Shown: positions 37,641-51,200 of the stretch, piece by piece
Layout: each line of letters opens with the position of its first letter
Numbering within the stretch: the first letter of the stretch is position 1
Notes under the pieces: generated by a model
Databases searched by the model: none
What the model was told of the DNA's origin: nothing
What the model saw: only the letters and a program-made list of their open reading frames with translations
Origin: Azolla caroliniana
Lineage: Eukaryota > Plantae > Polypodiophyta
Reading direction: 5' to 3'
Length of the DNA stretch: 64,000 bases
Assembly (NCBI GenBank): GCA_043228905.1
Contig: JBHGNT010000018.1
Location: 12,400,001 to 12,464,000, forward strand
Translations under genes and position numbers: made by a program

Positions 37641-40600
37641 ATATATTTTGTCCATAAAACATATGCTCCATTGGTATTAATAAAAGGCCAGAGGTTGTCT
37701 ACAAATAGTATATAATATTGTTTCATCTTCACAAGTATATATTATGAAAGACAAGAACAAATATAAGCTTTGGCATTCGGCAAGATAAGGATAATTATAA
37801 TCCATGAATACAACTCTCAGCCTTTGCCAATAACACCTTTGCTACGGCAAGCGAGGAGACTACATATAAAGGTGAAAACAATCTCCAACATGTAAAAGCA
37901 AGTCAGTGCTTCATCGAAACGTCCATTCTATCATGATTGCATTCCAAATGGCCACATTTGTAGTTAGAAGCGTCTGAAACACATCTTCCTTTGCCCCTTG
38001 TCATGGTCTCTAAAAACTTCATGTTGCAGACAAAGTTAGCTGAACTTGATTCCGCATATACTAAAACTCTTGGTTGTCCACCCTAGGTGGTAGTTTGAAA
38101 ACTTCATGTTTGCATTTGACTTCGCATGTACTGAAGACCATACTCAACATACAAACAACATCCTGCAATAGAAGAGCATACATTTTCTGAATATACACCT
38201 GCATGAAGCATTTGATGACATAAGAAGAGAACATCTACTTTGCATTCCAACTCAGAGTATCCAGCTTTTTCGAACTTCATTTTTCCACATTAGCCCTCAA
38301 CCTTTCACAACAAAAATGCCTACAAAATCAACCCTTTATAAATCCTGTAATGTGATCACTTTATCAACGAATTCCAATGTCTGGAGTCGAGCAATGCCTT
38401 CCTATGACAGCAACACATTTGGCTTGAGTTGTTGTGTAGTAAATGCTTCAAAGAGACAATTGTAAAGGGGTGATGATATCATTAAAAATCTCCAATCTTC
38501 AAAGCATGTACTCTCGTCGACCCTCAAGAAAATACTTCCAAGTCCACACCATCAACACTCATAAAACAAAAAAGAAAACGAGTCTACTCTCCCATCGTGA
38601 AGTATGTTTCAACCTTGGACAACCTCATGACTCATCCTTATCAAACAAAGAATCTGTTTTGTTTTCTCCATCCAACATCTAGCCGATTACCACCAAAGTC
38701 CACATCAACCACCTCTCGTCTTAGACCACCAAAGCTCTATACATACAAAAGACATAATGACAGTACTCTCCAGATCCCCTCATGAAATTATGCTTCTTCC
38801 CCCGACACCATCGTCACTCATCCTTGTTAGAAATAGATAATGTGCTTCGTTTTCCATATCAACAGTGTCATCATTTACTACCAAGGTCTTTGAGATTGGA
38901 AGACGAGATGATGACCAACATCCAGTTTGCTCTCCTTCTCCTGTCATGAAAGTATGCTTCAGCCCCTACCGTCTTCATCATCCTTATCCCTCAAAAACAT
39001 TTGCTTCGTAAGACCACATCAACCATCTCGCCGATTACCACCAAATTCCTATATAAATAATAGCAAAATGATTATAAAATGTTTCCTCATCCCCTCATAT
39101 ATTTGCTTCAACCCCCACACCATCGTCATTCATCCTCTCGTCATGAATAAACTCTATAAAGGCAATAACTACATGACAACAACAACCAGACGATCATGTT
39201 TGTTGCTCTCCCTATGACATCTAAAATCTTACATGACAACAACGACAATACGATCTTGTATGTTGCACTCCCTAAGATGAAACCTAAAATCTTCTTCAGT
39301 CCATCCCATGACACCGAATTCCATCAAGCATCCTAACATATAGACAGCAAACAAATTAGTGTAAAAAATTCCCTCACCAACTCATGATAATATGCTTCAA
39401 ACCCCCCACCATCTTCACTCCTCCTTATCCCTCAAAAGAATTTTTCTTCTTAATTCCACATCAACCCTCTCGCCGATTACCACCAAATTCCCGCTCATAA
39501 TAATATGCTTCAACCCCCACACCATCTACACTCATCCTTATCGCTCAAAAAGAATTTGCTTCTTACGTCCACAACAACCATCTCACCCATCTCACTAATC
39601 GGCACCAAATTTTGGCTTGCCATGTCCTTGATTTCCACCAACATCCCAACAACATCACTTATCCTAACAAAAATATCAACGATCATCTATATTATATCAT
39701 GTTATTTGTACTAATGGTTGTGCCGGTGGCGGGAACAACCAATGAGGCGGTACATAGTTCCACTTGACATCTGCGGCTTCAATCAACATAATAGGTATAA
39801 ATGACCAAACTTTACGAATTCTCATTCTTTTCTTATTAGTTGTGTGTCCGGAACTTATAACTATCATATTCACCTTTAACTGTATGTACTAATAAGTCCC
39901 AAAAAGACTTCACCTGATCCACGATGTGAATGTTTTCATCATTGTATAGCTTGGAGCACCTAGCTTTCCAAAGAATCCATAAAGCCAAAGAGGAGACAAT
40001 TTGCTAGACGTGACTACGGGAGAAAAACTTGATTCCCTACAAGGAGGTTGAAGTAGAGTATACCTGCAAACTTCTGACATGTAATGGCAAGGATGAATAA
40101 TGGTGATGATAGAAAGCCATTTGTTGATCTAACCTTCCCCATAAGACTGCACCCCACGTGAAAATCCCCGACCTATACCTCGTAGCCTAAGAATTCTAAA
40201 CCAAAATTTTTTTGCGACAACACATTCCCAAAATACATGATGCAATGACTCATGTATAGAACCACACAGAACGCATGACCGATCAGCTACCGATTCCCTC
40301 ATCAAATCACCTACTGGCAACACATAATGAATCATCAACCAACGAAAGTGTAATATCTTGTTCATACATTTAATTGGCCAAAAGTGTTTCCAAAACATCA
40401 TCATAAGAGAAGATGATACATTACCTTCCTCCCAATACTTTTTTCCCGCAGGTATTGACTCAGTCTGACTCAACATAAAGTTTCTCCCGAACGCCACTAA
40501 ATATATGAAGAATGGGAGGACCTTAGTGGAATTATTAGGCATGGACAATTTCCAACCATACTCTACAGGATCCCACTGCAGATCAACAAGTGGTCTAGAG

Positions 40601-43600
40601 TGTAAAACCCAAATATGAGATGCATAGTTAGCAATTAAGGGACTAGGGTCAATAAGCAATTTTTTATCCAATCTAGCAATTACTTGCACTGGTAACTACT
40701 TCGCAACAGACATAATTGGAGACTTGTCATCTACTAATACCAACGTACTATTATCCAACACTTCATAGAAGTAAAGGCTACCATTTTGATGATATAAATG
40801 AGCACCTATAAGTAGATTAAGTGTCGAAAACATACCGTATCAACTTTGAAAATGATCGAGCTGCAAAGTTGGTACTGTGACCTATTATACCATGGACAAT
40901 TGATCAACCATTATGTTTGCCCCTCTTAAACTAGACAACCTATTCTTTCGGTCCTTAGCCAATGTCTGCAAAAAGTTTATCCAATCTGCAATTGTATGGG
41001 ATGGACCATTGTCCATTGCAGGCCAAGATAACCTAGGCCGTAGACCCAACACACATGCAGCTTCATCCATAAATAAAGGGTTCCATATCAAAGGTTGACG
41101 CATAAATTGAGTATAAGTTTTCGATGACAAGAAAACAAGTGCTTGAAGAATAATTTCCCATGCTTGAAATATTCCATTAAAAAAACGTAAGGATCCAACA
41201 TTAGACTTAGGCAATGGAAAATCTGCATTGAAAAACCATCTAAGACTATCCTTCCATTGACCACCTATTGATGGCTTGACGTTATGTAAATGCTGAATCC
41301 ATAGCTTTTTCCATAACTCCTCTTTTGGCAATAAACTCCTAACAACATGTTTAGAAAGTAAGGCTTTACTTTGCATAAAAGGATCAATCAAACCTAGACC
41401 TCCTTTTCGCCTAGAATTGTATAAGAACCCTCCAAGCAACCTATGCTACCGAATTGTCAGACACATTGTTCCCCCAAATAAAATTACGTATTAGGCGTTG
41501 AACTTTAAGCATTATTGTCCTCGAAAATAGCCATATAGATGCTATATACCAAATCGAGGACAAAAGCATCAAATTAGCTACAAATATACGTCCTGCTAAG
41601 GATAATGGTTCCTTATTCTAGTATATTAGCTTATTCCTTAATCTTAATAACAAGGGTGCAACCATATCCTCTGCCTTTAATCCCAAGCCCACTCTACAGC
41701 CTAAATACATAATGGACTGACCTTGAGGTATCCATGCGAATCCTGAAGAAGGCACATTAACTAGAGGATCTCCCAGAGCAACCCAAAAACCAGATGACTT
41801 ATCCCAATTTATCAATGCACCCGATGCATTTGAAAAATCATCCACAGCCTTTTGCACCTGTGCCAAATTTAATTGTGAGGCCTGAACATATAAAGCTGTG
41901 TCATTAGCAAACTCGTTATCCACAGCAACATACAACACCGGTAGTGCTAACCCTTTAATATTTACATATTGAGAATTCAGATGTATAGAAAATGCTTCAG
42001 ATACTAATAAAAACAGGAAAGGAGCAACTGGACATCCCTGTCTTACTGATCTTGAGATCGGGAATCTCCTACCAACATCCCCTGCAAATAAAAGAGAGCT
42101 ATACGCATTACGATATAATGTTGATACTCCTCATATCCATCTGTTTGGGAAACCCATCCTAACCAATGTTCCCTCCATAAAATCCCAGTCCACTCTATCA
42201 TAAGCCTTTTCAAAATCAAGAAATAATACCACTAAGTCTTGCTTATGCAATTCTGCAAAGGCAACCATTCTCTCTTGCATAAAACCAGTCTGAGAATCAT
42301 GAATCAGCTTCGACAGATAAGGCTGTAGCCGTCTAGCTAACATTTTTGCTAATATTTTATAAATAACATTCAATAAGGTAATTGATCTCCAATGTTGAAG
42401 CTCTTCTAATTTTCCACTTGATTTAGGGATCATATAAATTAAACCCTCCTTCCATTCTTGTGGCATATTTCCTAAATCTAATATCTTTTGGTAGGCTTTG
42501 GTCAATCCATCACCTATCAAATCCCAATATTGGATATACCACTGGACTCCCAACCCATCCAAGCCATGACAAACATCTTTAGCAAGGGCTTTAGCGGCTT
42601 TAAGAACCTCTTGAGAATTTAGCGGTTGTAAAAGACAATCTATTAGTTGTACAGATACCTTATTATGAATCTTTGACCATATGATGTCCCTTTTAATCAA
42701 ATCATCCGCAGAAAAAGATCTAGCTTTTAACAAAGTGTCATAATAATCTGAGGCTATTTGCCTCATCTGACTAGAATCCGTGGTATAAGAGTCGTCCTGA
42801 CATTTTAACCGAGAAATCCTGACAGTTGTCTTATGATGATTATGCACTGCAAAAAACAGTTTATTTACTTCATCTCCCGACTCTGCCCATGTAGACGATA
42901 TATTATGATAATTAAAATCCGCTGAAATCTTTTGTAATTCCAATATCAGGTTCCCTACTTGTATCAGTCGGGAATTTATATACCTCGAATATGGTCTTCT
43001 CTCTTGCAGATGCTGCAAGGATTTGAACCCCTTACAAAGTCTTCCTACTTTAGTACAAGACTCATAAAATACTAGTTTAGCTTTACAGTGAAAAAATTGT
43101 TGTGTTTCACTAATAGCCTTTTGAACACTAGATAATGCATAATCATATGAATAGTCATATTTATTCCAAGTATTATATACAGTAGGAACACAATCTTGGC
43201 TAAGAAACACATGATTCGGAATTCTAAACCTAGAATTTCTATGTTGCTCCTGCAAGACTATAACTAAACGAAGTGGTGCATGATCAGAAAAGGAAAATGA
43301 AGGTAAAATTCCAATTGAACCTCCTTTGTCCCACAAAAATTTATCCACATAAAATCTATCTAACCTAGAATAATTCGTATGTGATTGTTTTCTATCCGAA
43401 CGTGAATAAGCTAAGGAATCTTGCATGCGTTCAAAAGAAGACACATGCCACAAGTCCATTAAACCTAAACAGAAGATCAAACGTTCCCATTCATATAATT
43501 TTGAGCCAAGTAATGGTTGAAATGTGCCTCCTAACCTATCACACCCATCCTCCAACATATTAAAGTCACCCACAATTGCCCAATGTTCAACAGTTGGTAA

Positions 43601-44303
43601 CTGTGGCATTATGCTCTTCCATAATGCCGTTCTATCTCTTGCATGATTCGGTGCATAAATATTTAACAAATCCCACTTCTTTGAACCAATTTGAAGAATT
43701 ATATAATGTCCTCTACCACAAGCCAAAACTCCGTAATGTGAGAAATTAGACCACCAAATATCGTTTATTTCTATTCAAAGACCTACTTTCAAACTATTAT
43801 CCCTAGTTGCAGGCATCTAGAATTGTTTCCACTAGCTTGGTAACAAATTTCCATATTTTTGAATTCTTTGTTCATTTAAATGATGCTCTTGAATAAGAAG
43901 AACATCAATCCTACCTATCAAAGATTTCCTTAGCTGACGGCGAAAAACACTCTTTACCTTACAACAATGTCTACCTCCTAAGCCCCTTACATTCCATGAA
44001 ATAAGATTTAACCTATCCGTCATTCATGTTTTACCCTCCTACTCTCATTTTGGCTAGTGCACCTTCTCTACCTTTCCTTCCATCCTCCGCGACCCTTAAT
44101 TGTCTCCTATTTGACCAAATGTATTTTCCGGAAAACTTATGGGCACACACTAGCAAATGTTTATCAGCTATAAAAACCCTATCAGAAGACTTAGCAGCTG
44201 TAAAAGCCGTTATATTGCCACAATCCATATCCGTATGTGATATGTCTACCTTGACCACTTCCTTTGTTGTAAGCTCATTCAATACTATGGACCTATTATC
44301 TTG
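37641..44303 (-). mobile_element. LINE copy 2 (same L1 family), truncated within ORF1
   Basis: 15-bp TSD TTGTACAAGCTATAT (37626-37640 / 44304-44318); the 3' terminal ~100 bp matches 16860-16955; ORF1 tail 44031-44303. Confidence 0.93.
39712..44023 (-). pseudogene. LINE copy 2 ORF2 (APE-RT-zinc finger), disrupted
   Basis: Starts MTDRLNLISWNVRGL..LIQE; GDFN, SDH, LDFEKAYD, CVLC..ESLHHVFWEC. Confidence 0.93.
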
Positions 44304-44319
44304 TTGTACAAGCTATATT

Positions 44320-46672
44320 TGTTACGGACACACCAACCATGGACTTGGTAGGAGCACCAATGTGGGGCTACGGGCGTGGAACTTAAGACACTGGAAACGA
44401 CATAAGAGCATGATGACAGAGATGAAGATCAAGGAGACAATATGGCATGAAATGAGAATACTAGATTGATGTGTCAATGATTGGTGTTGAATCCCCTAAA
44501 AGGGACCAAGGACGTTACAAGTATTTAGACAACATCTGAGATTGAGTATGGCTAGAATATACCTGACAAATATCTCTAGAATATACCCGTTTAGAATACA
44601 CCATAAAATATTTCTAGAATACACTAAAGGCCCTAGAATATTTTGGAATGTATATATGCTAGAATAACAATACTCTATTATATACAAACACATGCTCATA
44701 TCCAGATGGTTGAGCATGACGTACGTCTTGCAGATGTGAGGTTGTAGGTTCAATACTAACTAATTATGTATTTGACGTCACTGTGTCATGACATTATCCT
44801 CCTCCTTACGGTCTCCTTTTCGGAAGCGTGGTGTAGGGGTGGACAGGAATTGGAGCACTGACAGACGTGAGGAACCATATGTTGTCCTCACTGGAGACTA
44901 GAACACCAACGGACGTGAGCGACCATATACGGTCCTCACCGAAGATTGGAACATCGACGAGCGTGAGCGACCATGTACGGTTCTCACCAAAGACTAGAAC
45001 ACTGACAGGCATGACCGACCATGTGCGGTCCTCATCGGGAACATGAACAGGCATGAGTGACCATGCGGCCCTCATCAGGAACTGGAACACGAATGGGAGT
45101 GAGCAACCATGCGGCCCTCACCGGGAACTTGGACACGAACAAGAGTAAGCGACCATGTGGCCCTCATCGGGAACTCGGACACAAACAAGAGTGAGCCACC
45201 ATGCAGCCCTCACGGGGAACTCAGACACGAACGGGAGTGAGCGACCATGCGGCCCTCACCGGGAACTCGAACAAGAACATACGTGAGTGACTATGTGGCC
45301 CTTATTGGGAACTTGAACATGAACATGCATGAGCAACCATGTGCAGCCGTCACCGGGAACTCGAACATGAATGGGCGTCGGTGACCATGCGGCCCTCACT
45401 GGAAACACGAACGGGTGAAGGAGTGCAAGTGAAGCGGTCGACTCAACTTCTTCTATTATGAGAGGGTAAATAGTCGAGGTTGCCTCAAAACATAACACAA
45501 CCGGTAGCGCTAGCGAGAAACCGACGCGATCCCCACCAGGAAAGTGAGTGGTTGTGACACCCACCAGAACTAGATGGTGAGCGATCGAAATTGGTCCTCA
45601 CCAAAGGAAACTAGCATGAGACTTGAACTAAAATGAAAATGGAGTGCAAGAGAGCAATGATTTGATCCCCACCAAGAAATTGAGCGGTTATAACCCCCAT
45701 TGAAACTGGGAAGGTGAGTGATCGAAAGCAATCCTCACCAAAATCGTGATGCAAAATGATACCTATAAATGATAACAAGTAGTGTTGATTACGATGAAGG
45801 TTGGGCAAAGAGGTGCTGAAAAAGATGATGACAAAGACTAGGATGTTGATGATGGTAACTCTAGAAGCAAGGATGGTGATGATGGTAACTCTAGAAGCAA
45901 AGTTGATAACGAAGAGGGGTGATGCTTTCAGTTGGAAGGGATCCAAACTGTCACAGACACACCAACCATGGACTTTGATGGAGCATGAATGATGGGGGCT
46001 AAGAGTGTGGAACTTAAGACACTAGGAACAAAATAAGAGCATGAAGACAGAGATTGAGATCAAGGAGACAATATGGCATGAAATGAGAATACTAGATTAA
46101 TGTGTTAATGACTGGTGTTGAATCCCCTAAAAGGGACCAAGGACGTTACAAGTATTTAGACAACATCCGAGATTGAGTATCTCTAGAATATATCTGACAA
46201 ATATCACCAACCGCAAACTATGATGGAGCATGGATGACGAACGCGGAACTAAGTGACGAGGCTAGGAACTCTAGAAGTTGTGAGTGATGAGACTATGAAC
46301 TTAGGAAGCTATGGAGAGCATGAAGACAAAGATGAAGAACGAGACAAGATGGAATGGAATAAGAATTACTAGATCCCCTAAAAGGGACCAAGGAGGTTAC
46401 AAGTATTTAGACAACATCTGAGATTGAGTATCTGTAGAATATACTTGACAAATATCTCTAGAATAAACCCATCTAGATTATAGCATAGAATATTTCTTGA
46501 ATACACTAAAGGCTCTAGAATATTATGGAATGTATCTATGCTAGAATATAGAATACTCTATTATATATAAACATATGTTCATATCTAGATGGTTGAGCAT
46601 GATGTCTTGTAGATGTGAGGTTGGTGGTTCAATCCTGACTAACTACGTATTTGACGTCACTGTGTCATGATA
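44320..46672 (-). mobile_element. Element J: non-autonomous LTR element (TRIM/LARD-like)
   Basis: LTRs 44320-44793 and 45949-46672 (the latter with an internal duplication); TSD ATATT (44315-44319 / 46673-46677); PPT AAGGAGGAGGATAA on minus at 44794-44807; 1.15 kb internal region without gag/pol motifs. Confidence 0.88.
44860..45420 (+). repeat. ~12 copies of a 46-48 bp tandem unit inside element J
   Basis: GAGCGACCATGCGGCCCTCACCGGGAACT-like units recurring about every 46-48 bp. Confidence 0.9.
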
Positions 46673-46739
46673 ATATTACATCTAATAGTTGATCATAATA
46701 ACGGGTTTCTGTATACCAAGTTTTGAGTGTTGCACTAGC

Positions 46740-47505
46740 ATCGAGAACTAAAAAGTCAATTTTATGTGGCGTATCAAGAAGCCCATGAAACCATGCCACA
46801 ATTCATTATTTGGTTTCAAAACCTTTGGCGATAGTTAGCAAAAACTCTTCCGAAAGAGAATGTGAAAGAAACTTCCTTGTCAGCTTTACAAGAACCCTTT
46901 CGAACACTGCTCGTTGTGTTCGATTTCAAGGATCAATCACTAGAGCAAGTGATCGACAAAGAACTTGCCATGGACAAGACATGAGCCAATAATAGTCCGT
47001 CCTTACAATGATCTTTACCGATTTTAGAAGAAATATGGTTCCGATGAGCAATCCAATGTACGACTTGTCTGAATCCAGGCCATTGTATGGTCAAATGCAC
47101 TTTATGCAGTCATTGTCCAATCTGTCATTCCAAAGCACATATGATCGACTAGTGCGAATACAATCTACTTTAAATAAAGTTGCAGAACCAGTCAGATAGA
47201 TACAGTCTCAAGCCGATTGCCCTGAGGATCAGAATCAGTAGGTCCAATTTCAGGATGACGATTGGCCACGATACGATGATCATTATCGATCAGGAAGTCA
47301 TACGTAAAGCAACAAAGGAATGGGTTGAAGAGGCAAACAACAACAATGTTGCTCAAATGTTGTAGGAAAGTAATTAGACAAGTTGGATAGTTGACAGTTA
47401 CACCGGAAGACAATGAAGCATGGAAGGTCTTGGTAGATTGCCAAGTATCATTACTTTTAGCAGGATTACTAAAATTAGTGCCTCGATTCATAGAAAAGGT
47501 GAACG
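46740..47505 (+). pseudogene. gag: Highly decayed gag fragment of a relative of element B
   Basis: Manual translation gives QFY..QE..ETMPQF, QCTTCLNPGH..C..CPICHSKAH, QEVIRKATKEWVEEAN and LLKLVPRF, paralleling 32203-33975. Confidence 0.8.
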
Positions 47506-47928
47506 CCATATTGTTGTCGAAAACCCTTCGCGACTAATCTAGCCTTATACTTGGTACAAGCAGAATCTGACGTTTCTTTGAGTCAATACACCCATTTGCA
47601 CGGAAGAGAACATCAGTTGTTTAGTAGTTTGACTAAGTCCCATGTCTTATTGTGCTAGATGGAGTTAACCTCTAACTTCATTGCTAAGTGCCAGGTGGCC
47701 GAATCAACGCACGTCGATGCTTCTTCGTATGGTGTGGGTTCACCTACGTTTGTAAAGAGGATTCCAAGAGAGTACCTCTCCGGAGGCTGCAACAATCTTT
47801 TGGATTTGCTTGGTATGACTGGGCTAGCCTAATGGGGTGTCTGGGTTGGATGGTCTAGAGCCAAAGCATTTGGTTGTGTCAAATGTGTTGATTTGGTGTT
47901 AGAGGTTTCAAGTACCCGTGAAGCTGAC

Positions 47929-48160
47929 TGTTCCCTTAATGATTATCAAACGCAGAAAAATGAGAAATGGAAGTAGGTACACAAACATAAGAGAATGCAC
48001 ATGATATTAACGTGGAAAAATCTAAACGGGAAAAACCACAGGAGCCCACAGACTCCAAACTATCGCTATGTCGAGAGGAATACAACAGGTAAACACGGAG
48101 GCAACGACCTCGTCCTCACACTTTTCACCTGGCGGCGGTTACAATAGAGACTTACTTTGT

Positions 48161-48221
<61 letters not shown>

Positions 48222-51200
48222 ACGCTCTATACAACAGTTACACTCAATAACTCTGTACAAAATAATGACAACAGCAACATAACTGTTTGCCTCAGGTCCT
48301 ATTTATACTCGTATCACTTTCAAGCTATTTACAAATATAGCCACAATGGGCTCTCTGGGACATATTTACATATATGTCCCTTCATCCGGTGAGAGGTTCT
48401 CATTGGGCCTTCCTTGTCGGGTACTCATCATCCGGTTCTCACCAGGTCTTCCGTTTCCGGGTACTAGTATCCCATCCGGAGGGACCGAAATCCTAACAAA
48501 CTCCCCATTCACTCCGGCATGGGATGCCTCATCAATCCGATCCGCTTCTAACATGCATTCAGCTTGTCGGGTGTTAGCACCTTGGTGAGCATATCCGACC
48601 CGTTCTCCTCCATGTCGATCTTCGTCAGCAAGAACTCTCGATCTTCTACTCGCTCCCGGATCCAGTGGTACCTCCGCTGGATGTGCTTCGTCCTGGAATG
48701 ATACGCTGCGTTCTCGCAAGGTAGATGGCACTTTGACTGTCGCAATAGAGCCGATATTCCTCTTGCTGGATCCCTAGCACTTTGATGAAATCCTTCACCC
48801 ATAGTATTTCCTTGCCGGCTTCTACAGCTACCATGTACTCCGCTTCCATGGTTGACAACACAACCGTCTTCTGCAACCTCGATTGCCACGAAACAGCCCC
48901 CCCCGCGTATGTCATGACATATCCGGATGTGGACCGGCTGGTATCCACATTAGCCGACATATCCGAATCGGTGAAACCGTCGAGTTGGGGTTTACCGGAG
49001 CCGAATCGGAGACACATACTTGAGGTGCCTTTCAAGTATTGGAGTATCCATTTTACCGCATTCTAGTGCTCCTTGTCGGGATTGCTCATAAACCGGCTCA
49101 CCACTCCGATTGCGTATCCGATATCCGGTCGGGTACACACCATTGCGTACATTAAGCTCCCGATGGCAGAGGCATATGGTATCTTCATCATATCCACCTT
49201 CTCTGCCTTCGTCTTCGGGCTTTGCTTACCGGATAACCTGCAATTTGTCGGGAGTGTCAATCTAATTAGTTTCACATCTGACATGTTGAACCGTTGAAGC
49301 ACCTTTGTCATGTATTTCTCTTGTAACAGCCACAATTGCTTCTTTGACCGGTCCCGGATGATATGCATCCCCAGTATTTGTCTTGCCGGACCCAAGTCTT
49401 TCATTGAGAAGGTTCGGTTCAGAGCCTTCTTCAGCGTCCATATCTTGACTTGGTCTCGTCTGACGATCAACATGTCGTCCACGTACAGGAGGAGTATGAA
49501 GAAGTCTCCACCTTCAGACTTCTTCACAAACACGCAGTGATCGGCCTGCATCTTGTTGTATCATTGATCTGTCATGAAGGAGTCGAACTTCCGGTACCAT
49601 TGCCGGGGATGCTGCTTCAAACCGTAGAGGCTCTTCTTCAACCCGCAAACCAAGTGCTCCTTCCCTTTCTTCAGAAATCCCTCTGGTTGCTGCATGTAGA
49701 TCTCCTCTTCGAGGTCACCGTGGAGGAACGTCGTCTTCACGTCTAACTGCTCTACCTCGAGGTCCATGCTTGCCGCCATGCTCAGCACCGTCCAGATGGA
49801 AGTCATCTTTATTACCAGGGTAAATATCTCGTCGAAGTCCACGCCCTTCTTTTGCTCGAACCTCTTCACCACGATCCTGGCTTTGTATCTCGGGGGGTTG
49901 CCGGCATCTCCCGGTTTCAGCTTGTGCACCCACTTGTTTCGGAGTGGCCTCTTTCCTTTCGGCAACTCCACCAATTCATATGTGTGGTTCTCATGTAGGG
50001 AATCCATCTCGTCCTGCATGGCACTCAACCACTTGCGACTATGGGTGTCCTCCTTCGCTTCTTCAAAGCATTCCGGCTCCCCCTCATCGGTCAGCAACAC
50101 ATGCTCTGCATCCGGAAATCTTCGGGGGGCTCTTCTTTCCCAGAGAGGATATCTTCGTCCTCAGGTTTCGATAACCGGCTCCTGTGTCTGTTCTTCATCT
50201 GAATCCGATTCAGGGTCTTGACCGGTTCCGGTTTCTACTACTTCTTCTTCTTCTTCTTCTTCGGTTGGTTCAGTATCCTCACTGTAACCGGCCGGTTCTT
50301 CGAGTGTCAACCGGCTCTTAGCCGGATAGGTCCGAATCTCATCGAACCGATCCTTACAGGTTGACTCGGAGTTCATTATATTCTTCTCCGATTCCCAATC
50401 AGCAAGGGTCTTGTCCTCCATGAAGATAATATCTCGACTCCGGAAAACCTTCTTGTCGACGGGGTCCCACACTCGGTAGCCGAACTCATCCTCACCGTAT
50501 TTGAGGAATATGCATGGCCAGGTCTATGGATCCAACTTTCCTCTCCAGTCCTTAGGTACATGCATGTACGCGAGACACCCGAACACCTTTAGATGCCGGT
50601 AGGACACTTCCTTACCGGTCCACACTCTCTGCAGCATGTCTCCATCCAAGGGTACTGAGGGTGACCTGTATATCACATATGTCGTTGTTGACAGTGCCTC
50701 AACCCAAAATGTCTTGGGTAACTTTGCATGTGCCAACATACTCCGGACCCTCTCCATTATGGTCCGGTTCATCCTCTTGGCCAACCCGTTTAGTTCTGGC
50801 GTCTTTGGCACGGTAAATTCGAGCCAGATTCCCTTTGAGTTGTAGTACTCCTCGAACTCTCCCCGGTATTCTCCTCCGTTTCAGCTTCCGGCCGGTTTCT
50901 CTTTCCACTCTGGTGCTGGCGCGTTTGCTAGAAGGGTTGACCCACCACAAGACAGAGTCTCGACATAGTCAACAAAATAATGAAATGAGGGTAGCTAGGC
51001 CTCTATTTATAGCGATACCCAAGGCCCCCAGCCATGTTCACACTTGGCCTAATGGGTTGTCTCAATCCCGAGGATTTAAAAGTAATCCTCCCCTTCTTTA
51101 CACTCTCATTTAACCCTCACACTTATCCACGTGTATAGAATACTACGGTAAATTCTTACCACGGGATATTATATGGTCATGCCCGTAACATACTCCCCCC

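Noticed and set aside
37740-39714. Short ORFs as captured host exons
   Set aside because: They fall within the TSD-bounded LINE 3' UTR, are low-complexity repeats and show no recognisable domain.
48068-48250. ORFs with LSLSLS runs (also 37328-37561)
   Set aside because: Translations of CT microsatellites inside LTRs.
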